A stretch of 64,000 nucleotides of DNA, taken from an uncultured Paraprevotella sp. GTDB taxonomy: Bacteria > Bacteroidota > Bacteroidia > Bacteroidales > Bacteroidaceae. A program made the position numbers and the translations under genes. The DNA is taken from NCBI GenBank assembly GCA_944320775.1, contig CALUIV010000003.1, positions 253 to 64,252 of the forward strand. The letters are read 5' to 3'. The number at the start of each line of letters is the position of its first letter. Position 1 is the stretch's first letter. This document shows positions 9,852 to 18,935 of this stretch, in pieces. The notes under the pieces were generated by a model that was not told where the DNA came from, made no database searches, and saw nothing but the letters and a program-made list of their open reading frames with translations.

Positions 9852-11657
9852 TTAATCATTTATAATACGAACTCCACCCTTATCAGCCGAACTAACCATA
9901 GAAGCATATGCCTTAAGCGACTTCGGAACAATACGGTTGCGTGTCATCGGACGCTGTGGACGGGCGGCCAGTTCCTCATCGCTCAACTTCACCTGAATCG
10001 TACGGTTCGGAATATCAATCTCTATCAGGTCTCCATCCAAGATTTTTCCTATATTACCTCCTGCTGCAGCTTCCGGTGAAATATGACCGATGCTCAGGCC
10101 TGACGTACCTCCAGAAAAACGTCCGTCAGTAATTAAAGCACATTCCTTACCTAAATGACGACTCTTGATATAGGAAGTCGGATAGAGCATTTCCTGCATT
10201 CCGGGACCTCCTTTAGGGCCTTCGTGCGTGATCACAACAACATCTCCACGAACAACCTTTCCATTCAGGATGCCCTCACAAGCATCTTCTTGAGAATCAA
10301 AAACTTTTGCAGGGCCACAAAAATGCCAGATACTTTCATCAACACCCGCTGTTTTAACAACACAACCATCCTGTGCAATATTACCAAACAGAATAGCCAG
10401 TCCACCATCCTTGCTATAGGCATGCTCTACTTCGCGAATGCATCCGTCTGCCCGGTCTGTATCCAACGTGTCATAAGTATTGTTTTGTGATCCCATCTTG
10501 TTACTAAACACACCTCCTGGAGCACTGCTATAAATACGCAAGGCCTCTTCACTGACCTGGTCTCCCATAATCGAATACTTATTTATATCTTCGCCCAAAG
10601 TAGCTCCATTCACACGAATGCAAGTAGTATCCAACAGGTTTACCCGTGCCAATTCCCCTAGAATATTCAAGATACCTCCAGCACGGTTACATTCCTGAAT
10701 AGAATATTTGACCGTGTTCGGAGCCAGTTTACACAAACAAGGTACTTTTCGGCTCAAGGCATCAATATCTGCCATTTTGAAGTCTACTCCGGCTTCATTG
10801 GCAATTGCCAGTAAATGAAGTACTGTGTTGGTTGAACCGCCCATGGCAATATCCAAAGTCATGGCATTCAGAAAAGCCTGACGAGTCGCAATACTTCTGG
10901 GCAATACCCGATCGTCTCCCTCTTCATAATATTTAAGCGCATTCTTCACGATCAACTGTGCGGCGTCTTTAAATAATTGAATACGATTGACATGGGTAGC
11001 CAAAATGGTTCCATTTCCAGGAAGAGACAATCCTAAAGCCTCCGTCAGAGAATTCATGGAATTAGCCGTAAACATTCCCGAACAACTACCGCATCCGGGA
11101 CAAGCATGTTCCTCAATCTCATTCAATTCTTCCTGAGTCACCGTATCATCGGCACCCTTTACCATAGCAGTAATCAAATCAATGTTTTGTCCTCGCCATT
11201 TTCCGGCCTCCATCGGACCTCCGGACACAAAAACAGTCGGAATATTCAGCCGCATACTGGCCATCAGCATTCCCGGTGTAATTTTATCACAGTTCGAAAT
11301 ACAAATCATTGCATCAGCCTTGTGCGCATTCACCATATATTCCACACTGTCAGCAATAATATCCCGCGATGGCAAAGAATACAACATACCGTCGTGCCCC
11401 ATTGCAATACCATCGTCTATGGCAATCGTATTGAATTCGGCCGCATAACATCCCAATTTTTCAATTTCGGCCTTTACCAACTGACCGATTTCATGTAAAT
11501 GTGTATGTCCCGGCACGAATTGAGTAAAAGAATTGACTATAGCGATAATTGGTTTTCCAAATTGTTCCCGTTTCATTCCATTGGCTACCCACAAAGCACG
11601 GGCTCCCGCCATTCTGCGCCCTTCCGTACTGAAGGCACTCCTAAGCTGATGTTTCAT
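9852..11657 (-). CDS. ilvD: Dihydroxy-acid dehydratase
   Basis: [51 protein letters not shown]; likely start MKHQLRS at 11657. Confidence 0.96.
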   Translation of the reverse strand: MKHQLRSAFSTEGRRMAGARALWVANGMKREQFGKPIIAIVNSFTQFVPGHTHLHEIGQLVKAEIEKLGCYAAEFNTIAIDDGIAMGHDGMLYSLPSRDIIADSVEYMVNAHKADAMICISNCDKITPGMLMASMRLNIPTVFVSGGPMEAGKWRGQNIDLITAMVKGADDTVTQEELNEIEEHACPGCGSCSGMFTANSMNSLTEALGLSLPGNGTILATHVNRIQLFKDAAQLIVKNALKYYEEGDDRVLPRSIATRQAFLNAMTLDIAMGGSTNTVLHLLAIANEAGVDFKMADIDALSRKVPCLCKLAPNTVKYSIQECNRAGGILNILGELARVNLLDTTCIRVNGATLGEDINKYSIMGDQVSEEALRIYSSAPGGVFSNKMGSQNNTYDTLDTDRADGCIREVEHAYSKDGGLAILFGNIAQDGCVVKTAGVDESIWHFCGPAKVFDSQEDACEGILNGKVVRGDVVVITHEGPKGGPGMQEMLYPTSYIKSRHLGKECALITDGRFSGGTSGLSIGHISPEAAAGGNIGKILDGDLIEIDIPNRTIQVKLSDEELAARPQRPMTRNRIVPKSLKAYASMVSSADKGGVRIIND

Positions 11658-11696
11658 CGTATTATGTTTTAGTTTTTTCATTTTTCATTGAGCACA

Positions 11697-11728
11697 CAAA
11701 TTTATAGGCTTTTTTTTTATTAAACAAA
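11697..11728 (-). promoter_or_regulatory. Consensus Bacteroidetes promoter for the ilv operon
   Basis: On the minus strand TTTG (11725-11728), a 20-nt spacer, then TAAATTTG (11697-11704). Confidence 0.65.
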
Positions 11729-11912
11729 AGTTTTTAGAATAAAATGCCTTTTAAATACGAATTAAAACTAAAAACATTATTTAAATTACAAATTATAATA
11801 TCACAAATCTTAATTATTTCATTTATGCTCAAATTGGATTCTATTCAAGTCAACTTTTCATTTTAATATTTATAGAAATAAACAATATAAGATACGACTA
11901 CTCCATCTCGAA

Positions 11913-12965
11913 CTATAATACATAGCCGACCCGCAACAAACCAAGAATATTCCTTTCCTGATTATTCCTGATCAAATGGATAGCGGGCTGTACATAACCA
12001 TTTTTATGAGAAAAAGGAAACTTCCAGGTTAATTCACCCGCCCATTCATATGAATCCATAAAATCTGCATGATTAATAAAAATACCACCAACCGTCTGTT
12101 TTTTATGGAAAACCATTCCAACTCCAACGTAATTCCGACAATTCAAATATGCAGCCGGAGAAACCGAATATTGCAAAAGCAAATGAACATTCCGAAATAC
12201 CCGTTTTTCTATATACCCCCATAAAACAGTCGATATGTTTTTCTTATTTACATTTATCTCATCAAATTCACGGCCATTTTTATGCTCTGAATCTCCTTCT
12301 AAATAAAAGACAAAACCACCAAAATAACCATTACCATTTCTCTGATAATCTACAGAAATAATACTCAAGAGACCATCTGCATCAGGACAAAAACGGAATA
12401 CATTGTTCATTCCGGTAATATTCCGATATCCTGTTCCATTATATAATGACGATTCAATGGTCCAATGATTAAATTTCAATTTATAGTCTATCGCCATGGA
12501 TGCTACCGGATAATTGGCTATCGGATAATTAGCGGATATTGTAGGAAATATACCACAGGAGCTGTTGGTAAACAAAGAAGTACACGATGAAACAAAATAA
12601 TCCTCATTCAAATTACGCACACCGAAGAAAAAAGAAGATTGCTCCATAGGAATCCGAATCCCCAAAACGGCTGGTGCCAAAGGAATACCTTCTGCTTCAA
12701 TATTGGAAAACACCTGTAAATCATTTGCCAGACGTTCCTGTCTAGTTTTGGCTACACTGACAGATGCACATTCAAATTCTATTTTTCTACCCAAAGGTAA
12801 AGTAAAATCACTCCGAAGCAGGTTCACCCAATTTGCTCCCTTTCTGAAATCTGTCTGCAATTCTGTTGTATAAGTCAATTCGAAAGTCTGTGCAACAAGA
12901 TGGTGACAGTTCATAAGCCCTGTCACCATAAAAACAACATATATATTCTTCATTGTTATATTCAA
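11913..12965 (-). CDS. Outer-membrane porin-like beta-barrel (OprB-like)
   Basis: Signal peptide, alternating beta-strand pattern, C-terminal GLLRVGYVL; 4 bp downstream of mgtA. Confidence 0.6.
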   Translation of the reverse strand: MNITMKNIYVVFMVTGLMNCHHLVAQTFELTYTTELQTDFRKGANWVNLLRSDFTLPLGRKIEFECASVSVAKTRQERLANDLQVFSNIEAEGIPLAPAVLGIRIPMEQSSFFFGVRNLNEDYFVSSCTSLFTNSSCGIFPTISANYPIANYPVASMAIDYKLKFNHWTIESSLYNGTGYRNITGMNNVFRFCPDADGLLSIISVDYQRNGNGYFGGFVFYLEGDSEHKNGREFDEINVNKKNISTVLWGYIEKRVFRNVHLLLQYSVSPAAYLNCRNYVGVGMVFHKKQTVGGIFINHADFMDSYEWAGELTWKFPFSHKNGYVQPAIHLIRNNQERNILGLLRVGYVL

Positions 12966-12969
12966 TCTG

Positions 12970-15612
12970 TTACAGCCATTTCACAAATCGCTTGATATAC
13001 CAGTTCTTAACCAATTGAGTCAACATACAATAAGACAACAAAATACCCAATAACCAAGGGAAATAGCTTAAAGGAAGCGGTTGTAAGCCTATAACCTGTC
13101 CGACTGAAGTAAACGGAATCAGAATGCCTATAGCCATGATCAGGAAAGTTAATCCCATTACAGGCCACGAAGCACAACTTTGAATAAAAGGAATTTTTCT
13201 TGTCCGTATCATATGTACTATCAAAGTCTGTGAAAGAAGTCCTTCTATAAACCATCCGGATTGAAACAAAGTTTGATGTTCTGCCGAATTGCATCCAAAA
13301 ACATACCACATAACCAGATAAGTAGCTATATCAAAAATAGAACTGATCGGTCCGATAAAAATCATGAAACGACTCAGGTCGGAAGCATCCCATTTACGTG
13401 GTTTACATAAATATTCAGCATCCATACGGTCAAACGGTATCGTTGTCTGCGACAAATCATACAACAGATTCTGAATAAGCAAATGAATAGGCAACATCGG
13501 CAAGAAAGGAAGAAATGCACTGGCAGCCATCACACTAAACATACTACCGAAATTCGAACTTGCGGTCATCTTTACATATTTAATAATGTTACCAAAAGTC
13601 TTTCGTCCCTCCAGCACACCAGCCTCCAACACCATCAAATCCTTTTCCAATAGAATAATATCTGCACTCTCTTTGGCTATATCCACGGCTGAATCAACAG
13701 AAATACCGATATCAGACTGACGTAATGCCGAAGCGTCATTAATCCCATCCCCCAAAAAACCGACTGTGTTTTGCTGTTCCTGAAGCAAAATGATAATCTC
13801 TGTTTTCTGTAAAGGAGTCAGTTTTGAAAAAACAGTGGTATTCAGGACTGCTTCTCTACGTTCCTCATCGCTCAAAGCCGCCAACTCCGATCCTGTAAGC
13901 ACATTATCCGTTTTGATACCTACCTGTCTGGCAATTGTCCGTACTACAGCATCATTATCTCCTGACAAGATTTTCACCTCGACTCCATGTTCATGTAACT
14001 GACGTATTGCACCGGCTGCGGATTGTTTGGGTGGATCAAGAAAAGCAAGAAAACCAATCAGCACCATATCATTTTCATCTTTTACACAAAAATTACAATC
14101 CTTATCCAAATAACTTTTATGGGCTACGGCCAAAACACGCATACCCTGCTTATTCAATTGTTCGCTGATAAGTTTTGCTTTCTGCTTAAGTTCCGATGTA
14201 AAAGGCTGTACGGTCTTATCAAATTCAGCATAAGAACAGATTTCAATCATCTCTTCCACAGCCCCTTTTGTAATAATCTGCCTTTTACCTTGTCTATCCT
14301 CGATGACAACAGACATTCTCCGACGGGTAAAATCAAAAGGGATTTCATCTACTTTCCGATAATTATCCTTCAGATGGTCCAATGCCAATTCCTTTATATG
14401 AGAAAGTATGGCTTTGTCCATAAGGTTCTTTAGTCCGGTCTGGAAATAGCTGTTAAAAAAAGCATGACGCAAAATCCGTTTATCCGTATCATTACTGCCA
14501 TCCGCATTTATGTATTTTTCCAAAACAATCTGATCACAAGTCAAAGTTCCGGTCTTATCCGTACAAAGGATATTCATGGCACCAAAATTCTGAATTGCAT
14601 TCAAATCCTTCACAATTGTTTTTTTCTTGGACATAGCAACAGCCCCTTTAGAAAGGTTAGCCGTGACAATCATTGGCAGCATTTCGGGAGTCAGTCCGAC
14701 TGCCACAGAAACAGCAAAAATAAAAGCTTCCAACCAGTCACCTTTGGTCAAACCATTTACCAGAAAAACAAAGGGAATCATAATCATCATAAAACGAATC
14801 AGCAAAAAGCTGACTTTACTGATACCTTTGTCAAATGCCGTCGCTGCACGATGACCGGATATGTTTTTTGCTACTGTTCCCAAATAAGTTTGATTACCAG
14901 TAGCCAGCACAACACCAATAGCCGAACCACTGACAACATTCGACCCCATATAACAAATATTATCCAGTTCAACGACACTACCAGGCTTTTCACCGTGGAT
15001 ATCCGGACATTTTTCTACAGGATCAGACTCTCCGGTAAGCGAAGACTGACTGACAAACAAATCCTTTGCCTGAATGATTCGAATATCAGCCGGTATCATA
15101 TCACCAGCTGCAATCATCACAATATCTCCGGGTACGAGTTCGGCAATACTGATTTCTTCATCCAAACAGCCAGCACGTTTTACATAACAGGTATTGGTCA
15201 CCATTTTCAATAAAGCTTCGCTCGACTTTCCTGCTTTCCATTCCTGCCAAAATCGAAGTATGGCACTGAAAACAACCATTGTTGAAATAATAATTATAGC
15301 CGTCCAATCCTGTTCTCCAGGGTCCGCCAACAAAACGTCAAGTATAAACGAAATCAGAACTAAAACCGTTAAAACTCCGATAAACGGATTAATAAACGTC
15401 TTGACAAACGTAGAAACCGGATTCTTTTTCTGTTCATGTTCCACTTCATTTTTCCCATAAACCGACTGTCGCATTTCCACTTCTTCCTGACTCAATCCCA
15501 TTTTTGTCGTCTGGAAATACTGATAAACCAAATGAACTGGTTGTACTGCGGCCAAAAATACCTTTTCTGCATTAAATGTACCTTGATGCATTGTTTTTTT
15601 CTTCTTCCACAT
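12970..15612 (-). CDS. mgtA: Magnesium-translocating P-type ATPase
   Basis: LTGES, AVGLTPEMLP, DKTGTLT phosphorylation site, PFDFTRRRMS, SGDN, GDGINDA, TASSNFG. Confidence 0.95.
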   Translation of the reverse strand: MWKKKKTMHQGTFNAEKVFLAAVQPVHLVYQYFQTTKMGLSQEEVEMRQSVYGKNEVEHEQKKNPVSTFVKTFINPFIGVLTVLVLISFILDVLLADPGEQDWTAIIIISTMVVFSAILRFWQEWKAGKSSEALLKMVTNTCYVKRAGCLDEEISIAELVPGDIVMIAAGDMIPADIRIIQAKDLFVSQSSLTGESDPVEKCPDIHGEKPGSVVELDNICYMGSNVVSGSAIGVVLATGNQTYLGTVAKNISGHRAATAFDKGISKVSFLLIRFMMIMIPFVFLVNGLTKGDWLEAFIFAVSVAVGLTPEMLPMIVTANLSKGAVAMSKKKTIVKDLNAIQNFGAMNILCTDKTGTLTCDQIVLEKYINADGSNDTDKRILRHAFFNSYFQTGLKNLMDKAILSHIKELALDHLKDNYRKVDEIPFDFTRRRMSVVIEDRQGKRQIITKGAVEEMIEICSYAEFDKTVQPFTSELKQKAKLISEQLNKQGMRVLAVAHKSYLDKDCNFCVKDENDMVLIGFLAFLDPPKQSAAGAIRQLHEHGVEVKILSGDNDAVVRTIARQVGIKTDNVLTGSELAALSDEERREAVLNTTVFSKLTPLQKTEIIILLQEQQNTVGFLGDGINDASALRQSDIGISVDSAVDIAKESADIILLEKDLMVLEAGVLEGRKTFGNIIKYVKMTASSNFGSMFSVMAASAFLPFLPMLPIHLLIQNLLYDLSQTTIPFDRMDAEYLCKPRKWDASDLSRFMIFIGPISSIFDIATYLVMWYVFGCNSAEHQTLFQSGWFIEGLLSQTLIVHMIRTRKIPFIQSCASWPVMGLTFLIMAIGILIPFTSVGQVIGLQPLPLSYFPWLLGILLSYCMLTQLVKNWYIKRFVKWL

Positions 15613-15657
15613 TTTGCGTTGTGTTACAAGTTATTACTCCAGTTATTTTAAACGCTG

Positions 15658-15665
15658 CAAAAGTA
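15658..15665 (-). promoter_or_regulatory. -7 element (TACTTTTG) of the mgtA promoter
   Basis: TAnnTTTG match 46 bp upstream of the mgtA ATG; no TTTG at the expected -33 position. Confidence 0.6.
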
Positions 15666-15688
15666 AGAGCATCTTTTCGGAAACTCCG

Positions 15689-15732
15689 TTAGAGACCTAT
15701 TAGAACGGTATTAGAAACCCATTAGAAAATTT
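15689..15732. repeat. Four TTAGA direct repeats at an exact 11-bp period (candidate response-regulator operator)
   Basis: ttaga at 15689, 15700, 15711, 15722: ttagagaccta/ttagaacggta/ttagaaaccca/ttagaaaattt. Confidence 0.8.
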
Positions 15733-15765
15733 TCATTACTTATTCCGTATATCACTTTTTATGCT

Positions 15766-15773
15766 TATCTTTG
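15766..15773 (+). promoter_or_regulatory. -7 element (TATCTTTG) for slyD-aroC
   Basis: TAnnTTTG match 27 bp before ATG 15801. Confidence 0.6.
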
Positions 15774-15800
15774 TCACTCAAACTTCAAAAAATAAAAGAA

Positions 15801-16388
15801 ATGAATACGACTTCAAACAAGTACATCACAGTAGCTTATGAGTTATACACTGATTTCGACGGCAAACAGGAACTGGTAGAAAAGGCACCCGTAGAACATC
15901 CTTTCCAGTTTATTTCCGGTTTGGGAACTACACTTGATGCCTTCGAAGCACAGATTACCCCACTTGCCAAAGGCGACAAATTTGACTTTGTCCTAAGTAT
16001 TGAAGAAGCTTACGGTGAATACGAACAGGAACACGTTGTCGAAGTTCCCAAAGAAGTATTCCACGTTAACGGCAAGTTCGACAATGAACATATTTATCCG
16101 GGTGCAGTTGTTCCTTTGACCAATGGCGACGGAGCACGATTCAACGGAACCATTGCAGAAATTGCCAACAATACCGTAACTGTAGACCTCAATCATCCGC
16201 TCGCAGGAAAAGAACTTCACTTTATCGGAGAAGTAACAGAAATGCGCGAGGCAACCAAAGAAGAGATCCAGCAAATGTTGAATATGCTGAGCGGTGAAGG
16301 CGGCTGTGGTTGTGGCGGATGCGGCGGCGGATGCGACGAAGGTGGTTGCTGCGACAGTCAAAAGGGGGGCTGTTGCGGTTGCAATTAA
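15801..16388 (+). CDS. slyD: FKBP-type peptidyl-prolyl isomerase, SlyD-like, with Cys/Gly-rich tail
   Basis: [30 protein letters not shown]; start MNTTSNKY at 15801. Confidence 0.88.
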   Translation: MNTTSNKYITVAYELYTDFDGKQELVEKAPVEHPFQFISGLGTTLDAFEAQITPLAKGDKFDFVLSIEEAYGEYEQEHVVEVPKEVFHVNGKFDNEHIYPGAVVPLTNGDGARFNGTIAEIANNTVTVDLNHPLAGKELHFIGEVTEMREATKEEIQQMLNMLSGEGGCGCGGCGGGCDEGGCCDSQKGGCCGCN

Positions 16389-16431
16389 CAACAGGCCACA
16401 TAAAAACACAAAGCAAGACAAAAAAACAAGC

Positions 16432-17508
16432 ATGAGCAATACATTTGGCAACATATTCCGTCTGACCAGTTTTGGTGAAAGTCACGGCCCTGCCATAGGT
16501 GGGGTCATTGACGGTTTTCCAGCTGGAATCGACATCGACACAGAATTTATTCAAAACGAGCTGAACCGCCGCCGTCCGGGACAAAGCCATTTGACCACTC
16601 CTAGAAAAGAAGCTGATCAAGTTGAATTCCTTTCCGGCATATTCGAAGGTCGCTCTACAGGGTGTCCCATAGGATTTATTGTCCGAAACACCAACCAACA
16701 TTCGAACGATTACGACAACATACGTAACCTGTTCCGTCCGTCGCATGCCGATTTTACTTATACCAGCAAATATGGCTTGCGCGACCATGCCGGAGGCGGC
16801 CGTTCATCCGCCCGGGAAACTATTGCCCGGTGTGTAGGCGGCGCATTAGCCAAATTAGCTTTGCGCCAACTGGGCATCCAAATATATGCCTATACCTCTC
16901 AAGTTGGTGATATCTGCCTGAATCCGGATTACCGTCTTTATCAGCCGGAACTGATAGAAAGTAATCCTGTACGCTGCCCTGACCCGGAAATAGCCGAACG
17001 AATGGCTGCACGTATTTCTGAAGTTAAAGCCAAAGGCGATACCATAGGCGGTGTCATTACAGGCGTTATCCAAGGTTGTCCAGTCGGATTGGGCGAACCC
17101 GTTTTCGGAAAATTGCATGCAGCCCTAGGATATGCCATGCTCAGCATTAATGCCGTCAAAGGATTTGAATACGGAAAAGGATTTGCAGGTGTAAGCGAAA
17201 CCGGCAGTCAGCAAAACGATATTTTCTTTCAGAACAATGGGAAAATAGATGTGAAGACCAATAACAGTGGTGGTATACAAGGCGGCATCAGCAACGGTCA
17301 GGACATTTATTTCCGGGTGGCTTTCAAACCGGTTGCTACCATCCTGATGGAACAAGCAACCGTTTCAGCCGATGGTACGGACACCGTACTCAAGGCACGT
17401 GGACGCCACGATGCCTGCGTACTCCCACGCGCAGTTCCCATTGTTGAATCTATGGCTGCAATGACCATACTAGACTATTATCTACTCAACAAAACGACAA
17501 CAATATAA
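16432..17508 (+). CDS. aroC: Chorismate synthase
   Basis: MSNTFG...[41 protein letters not shown]; start at 16432. Confidence 0.96.
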   Translation: MSNTFGNIFRLTSFGESHGPAIGGVIDGFPAGIDIDTEFIQNELNRRRPGQSHLTTPRKEADQVEFLSGIFEGRSTGCPIGFIVRNTNQHSNDYDNIRNLFRPSHADFTYTSKYGLRDHAGGGRSSARETIARCVGGALAKLALRQLGIQIYAYTSQVGDICLNPDYRLYQPELIESNPVRCPDPEIAERMAARISEVKAKGDTIGGVITGVIQGCPVGLGEPVFGKLHAALGYAMLSINAVKGFEYGKGFAGVSETGSQQNDIFFQNNGKIDVKTNNSGGIQGGISNGQDIYFRVAFKPVATILMEQATVSADGTDTVLKARGRHDACVLPRAVPIVESMAAMTILDYYLLNKTTTI

Positions 17509-17535
17509 CTTTTTTGAGAAATAAACACTCAAAAA

Positions 17536-17566
17536 TTTGCATTATAACAACAATTTGTTATCTTTG
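17536..17566 (+). promoter_or_regulatory. Consensus Bacteroidetes promoter
   Basis: TTTG (17536-17539), 19-nt spacer, TATCTTTG (17559-17566). Confidence 0.75.
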
Positions 17567-17571
17567 CAGCA

Positions 17572-17671
17572 AAGAGTTGTGAAACTCCAGTTTTTATAGC
17601 TTAATTAAAAGATCTAGTTTAGTTTTTGTGTTGGTTAATGGGAGCTTTTTTGAGCTCCCATTAATTTTTTT
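17572..17671 (+). ncRNA. Candidate ~100-nt small RNA or leader RNA
   Basis: Bounded by a consensus promoter and a strong intrinsic terminator; contains no ORF. The 5' end is estimated from the -7 element. Confidence 0.55.
17635..17671 (+). terminator. Intrinsic terminator
   Basis: Perfect 12-bp stem ttaatgggagct / agctcccattaa, 6-nt loop, then T7. Confidence 0.88.
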
Positions 17672-17696
17672 CATACCTATAAAAAAGTTTGAAAAA

Positions 17697-18917
17697 ATGA
17701 AAATAATCCATACTAGTGACTGGCATCTTGGACAAACGCTCTACGGCCATGACCGCACAGAAGAACAAACTGCATTTTTAAATCAGTTAGTCGAAATCGT
17801 CAGGAAAGAACAGCCGGACGCATTGGTCGTCAGTGGTGATATTTTCCATACCAGTACTCCTTCATCTACAATTCAGAAGCTCTACACCGAACATCTGCTT
17901 CGTATCCGCCAGGCAGCTCCAACAAGTACAATCGTCGTCACAGCCGGCAATCACGACAGTGCTTCCAAATTAGAAATTACCAGTAGCCTTTGGCAACACT
18001 TCGGAGTATATATTATCGGACAAATTCATCGCAACACTGATGGAACAGCAGATCTGTCACACCATATCATTCCTGTTCGTCCTACTCCTGAAAGTGCTCC
18101 AAAAGGGTTTATCATAGCTGTTCCTCATGTCTATCCCTACAATTTTCCGGATTTAACAGGTGATACTCCACGAGAACAACGCCAAGAAGCTTTCTTTAAG
18201 ACACTCCAGACCATTACCGATCAGCTGAACTCCGACAACCTTCCTGTAGTCCTGATGGCCCACCTGACCGTGACGGGAAGCGATCAGACCGGTCATGATC
18301 TTTCCTTAGGCGGCATGGACAGTATTGACATCCGAACACTTGGCAACGGTTATGATTATCTGGCCTTGGGACATATTCACGGACAACAAACACTCTCCTC
18401 TCCATGTGGTACTGCCCGATATTGCGGTACACCAATTCCAGTTAGTTTCGACGAAAAAGGCATACACTCGGTCAGCCTTGTTGAAATAACAGCTCACCAT
18501 ACCCACCCCAAAATACAAACCATCCCAATCCAGAACCCTTGTCCGCTCCATACCCTTCCAACCACACCGCTTCCAATCGAAGAAGCACTCGAAGCATTGC
18601 GGAATTTCTCAACGACAGACACGGCCTATATCCGATTAAACGTATTGGCAGAAAACTTTCTTAATCCCAATGCCCAGGAACAAGCTTCAGAACTATCCCG
18701 GCAAAAAGGCTACCGTTTCTGTTACATACATATCCAAAGACCCGAGTCAAAACTACAAAATCAGCATCATGCCCTGACCGTTCAAGAATTACGTAAAAAG
18801 TCACCTGTTGACATTGCCCGCATGTACTACGAAGATACTCAAAACACCAACCTCCCCGAAGATTTTACTACCATGATCCAGGAAGCATGGCATCAAATCC
18901 AAGAAGAAAATAATTAG
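17697..18917 (+). CDS. sbcD: Exonuclease SbcCD subunit D (Mre11-like)
   Basis: HTSDWHLG, VSGDIFH, AGNHDS, MAHL, ALGHIH metallophosphoesterase motifs; start MKIIH at 17697. Confidence 0.93.
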   Translation: MKIIHTSDWHLGQTLYGHDRTEEQTAFLNQLVEIVRKEQPDALVVSGDIFHTSTPSSTIQKLYTEHLLRIRQAAPTSTIVVTAGNHDSASKLEITSSLWQHFGVYIIGQIHRNTDGTADLSHHIIPVRPTPESAPKGFIIAVPHVYPYNFPDLTGDTPREQRQEAFFKTLQTITDQLNSDNLPVVLMAHLTVTGSDQTGHDLSLGGMDSIDIRTLGNGYDYLALGHIHGQQTLSSPCGTARYCGTPIPVSFDEKGIHSVSLVEITAHHTHPKIQTIPIQNPCPLHTLPTTPLPIEEALEALRNFSTTDTAYIRLNVLAENFLNPNAQEQASELSRQKGYRFCYIHIQRPESKLQNQHHALTVQELRKKSPVDIARMYYEDTQNTNLPEDFTTMIQEAWHQIQEENN

Positions 18918-18935
18918 TTTCAACTCATATTCCTT

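Noticed and set aside
11658-11912. Ile/Leu/Val leader peptide attenuator for the ilv operon
   Set aside because: The promoter element lies only about 40 bp from the ilvD start; I found no leader ORF or terminator hairpin.
15613-15800. Mg2+ riboswitch or mgtL-type leader upstream of mgtA
   Set aside because: The predicted 5' UTR is about 40 nt, too short, and has no Pro-rich leader.
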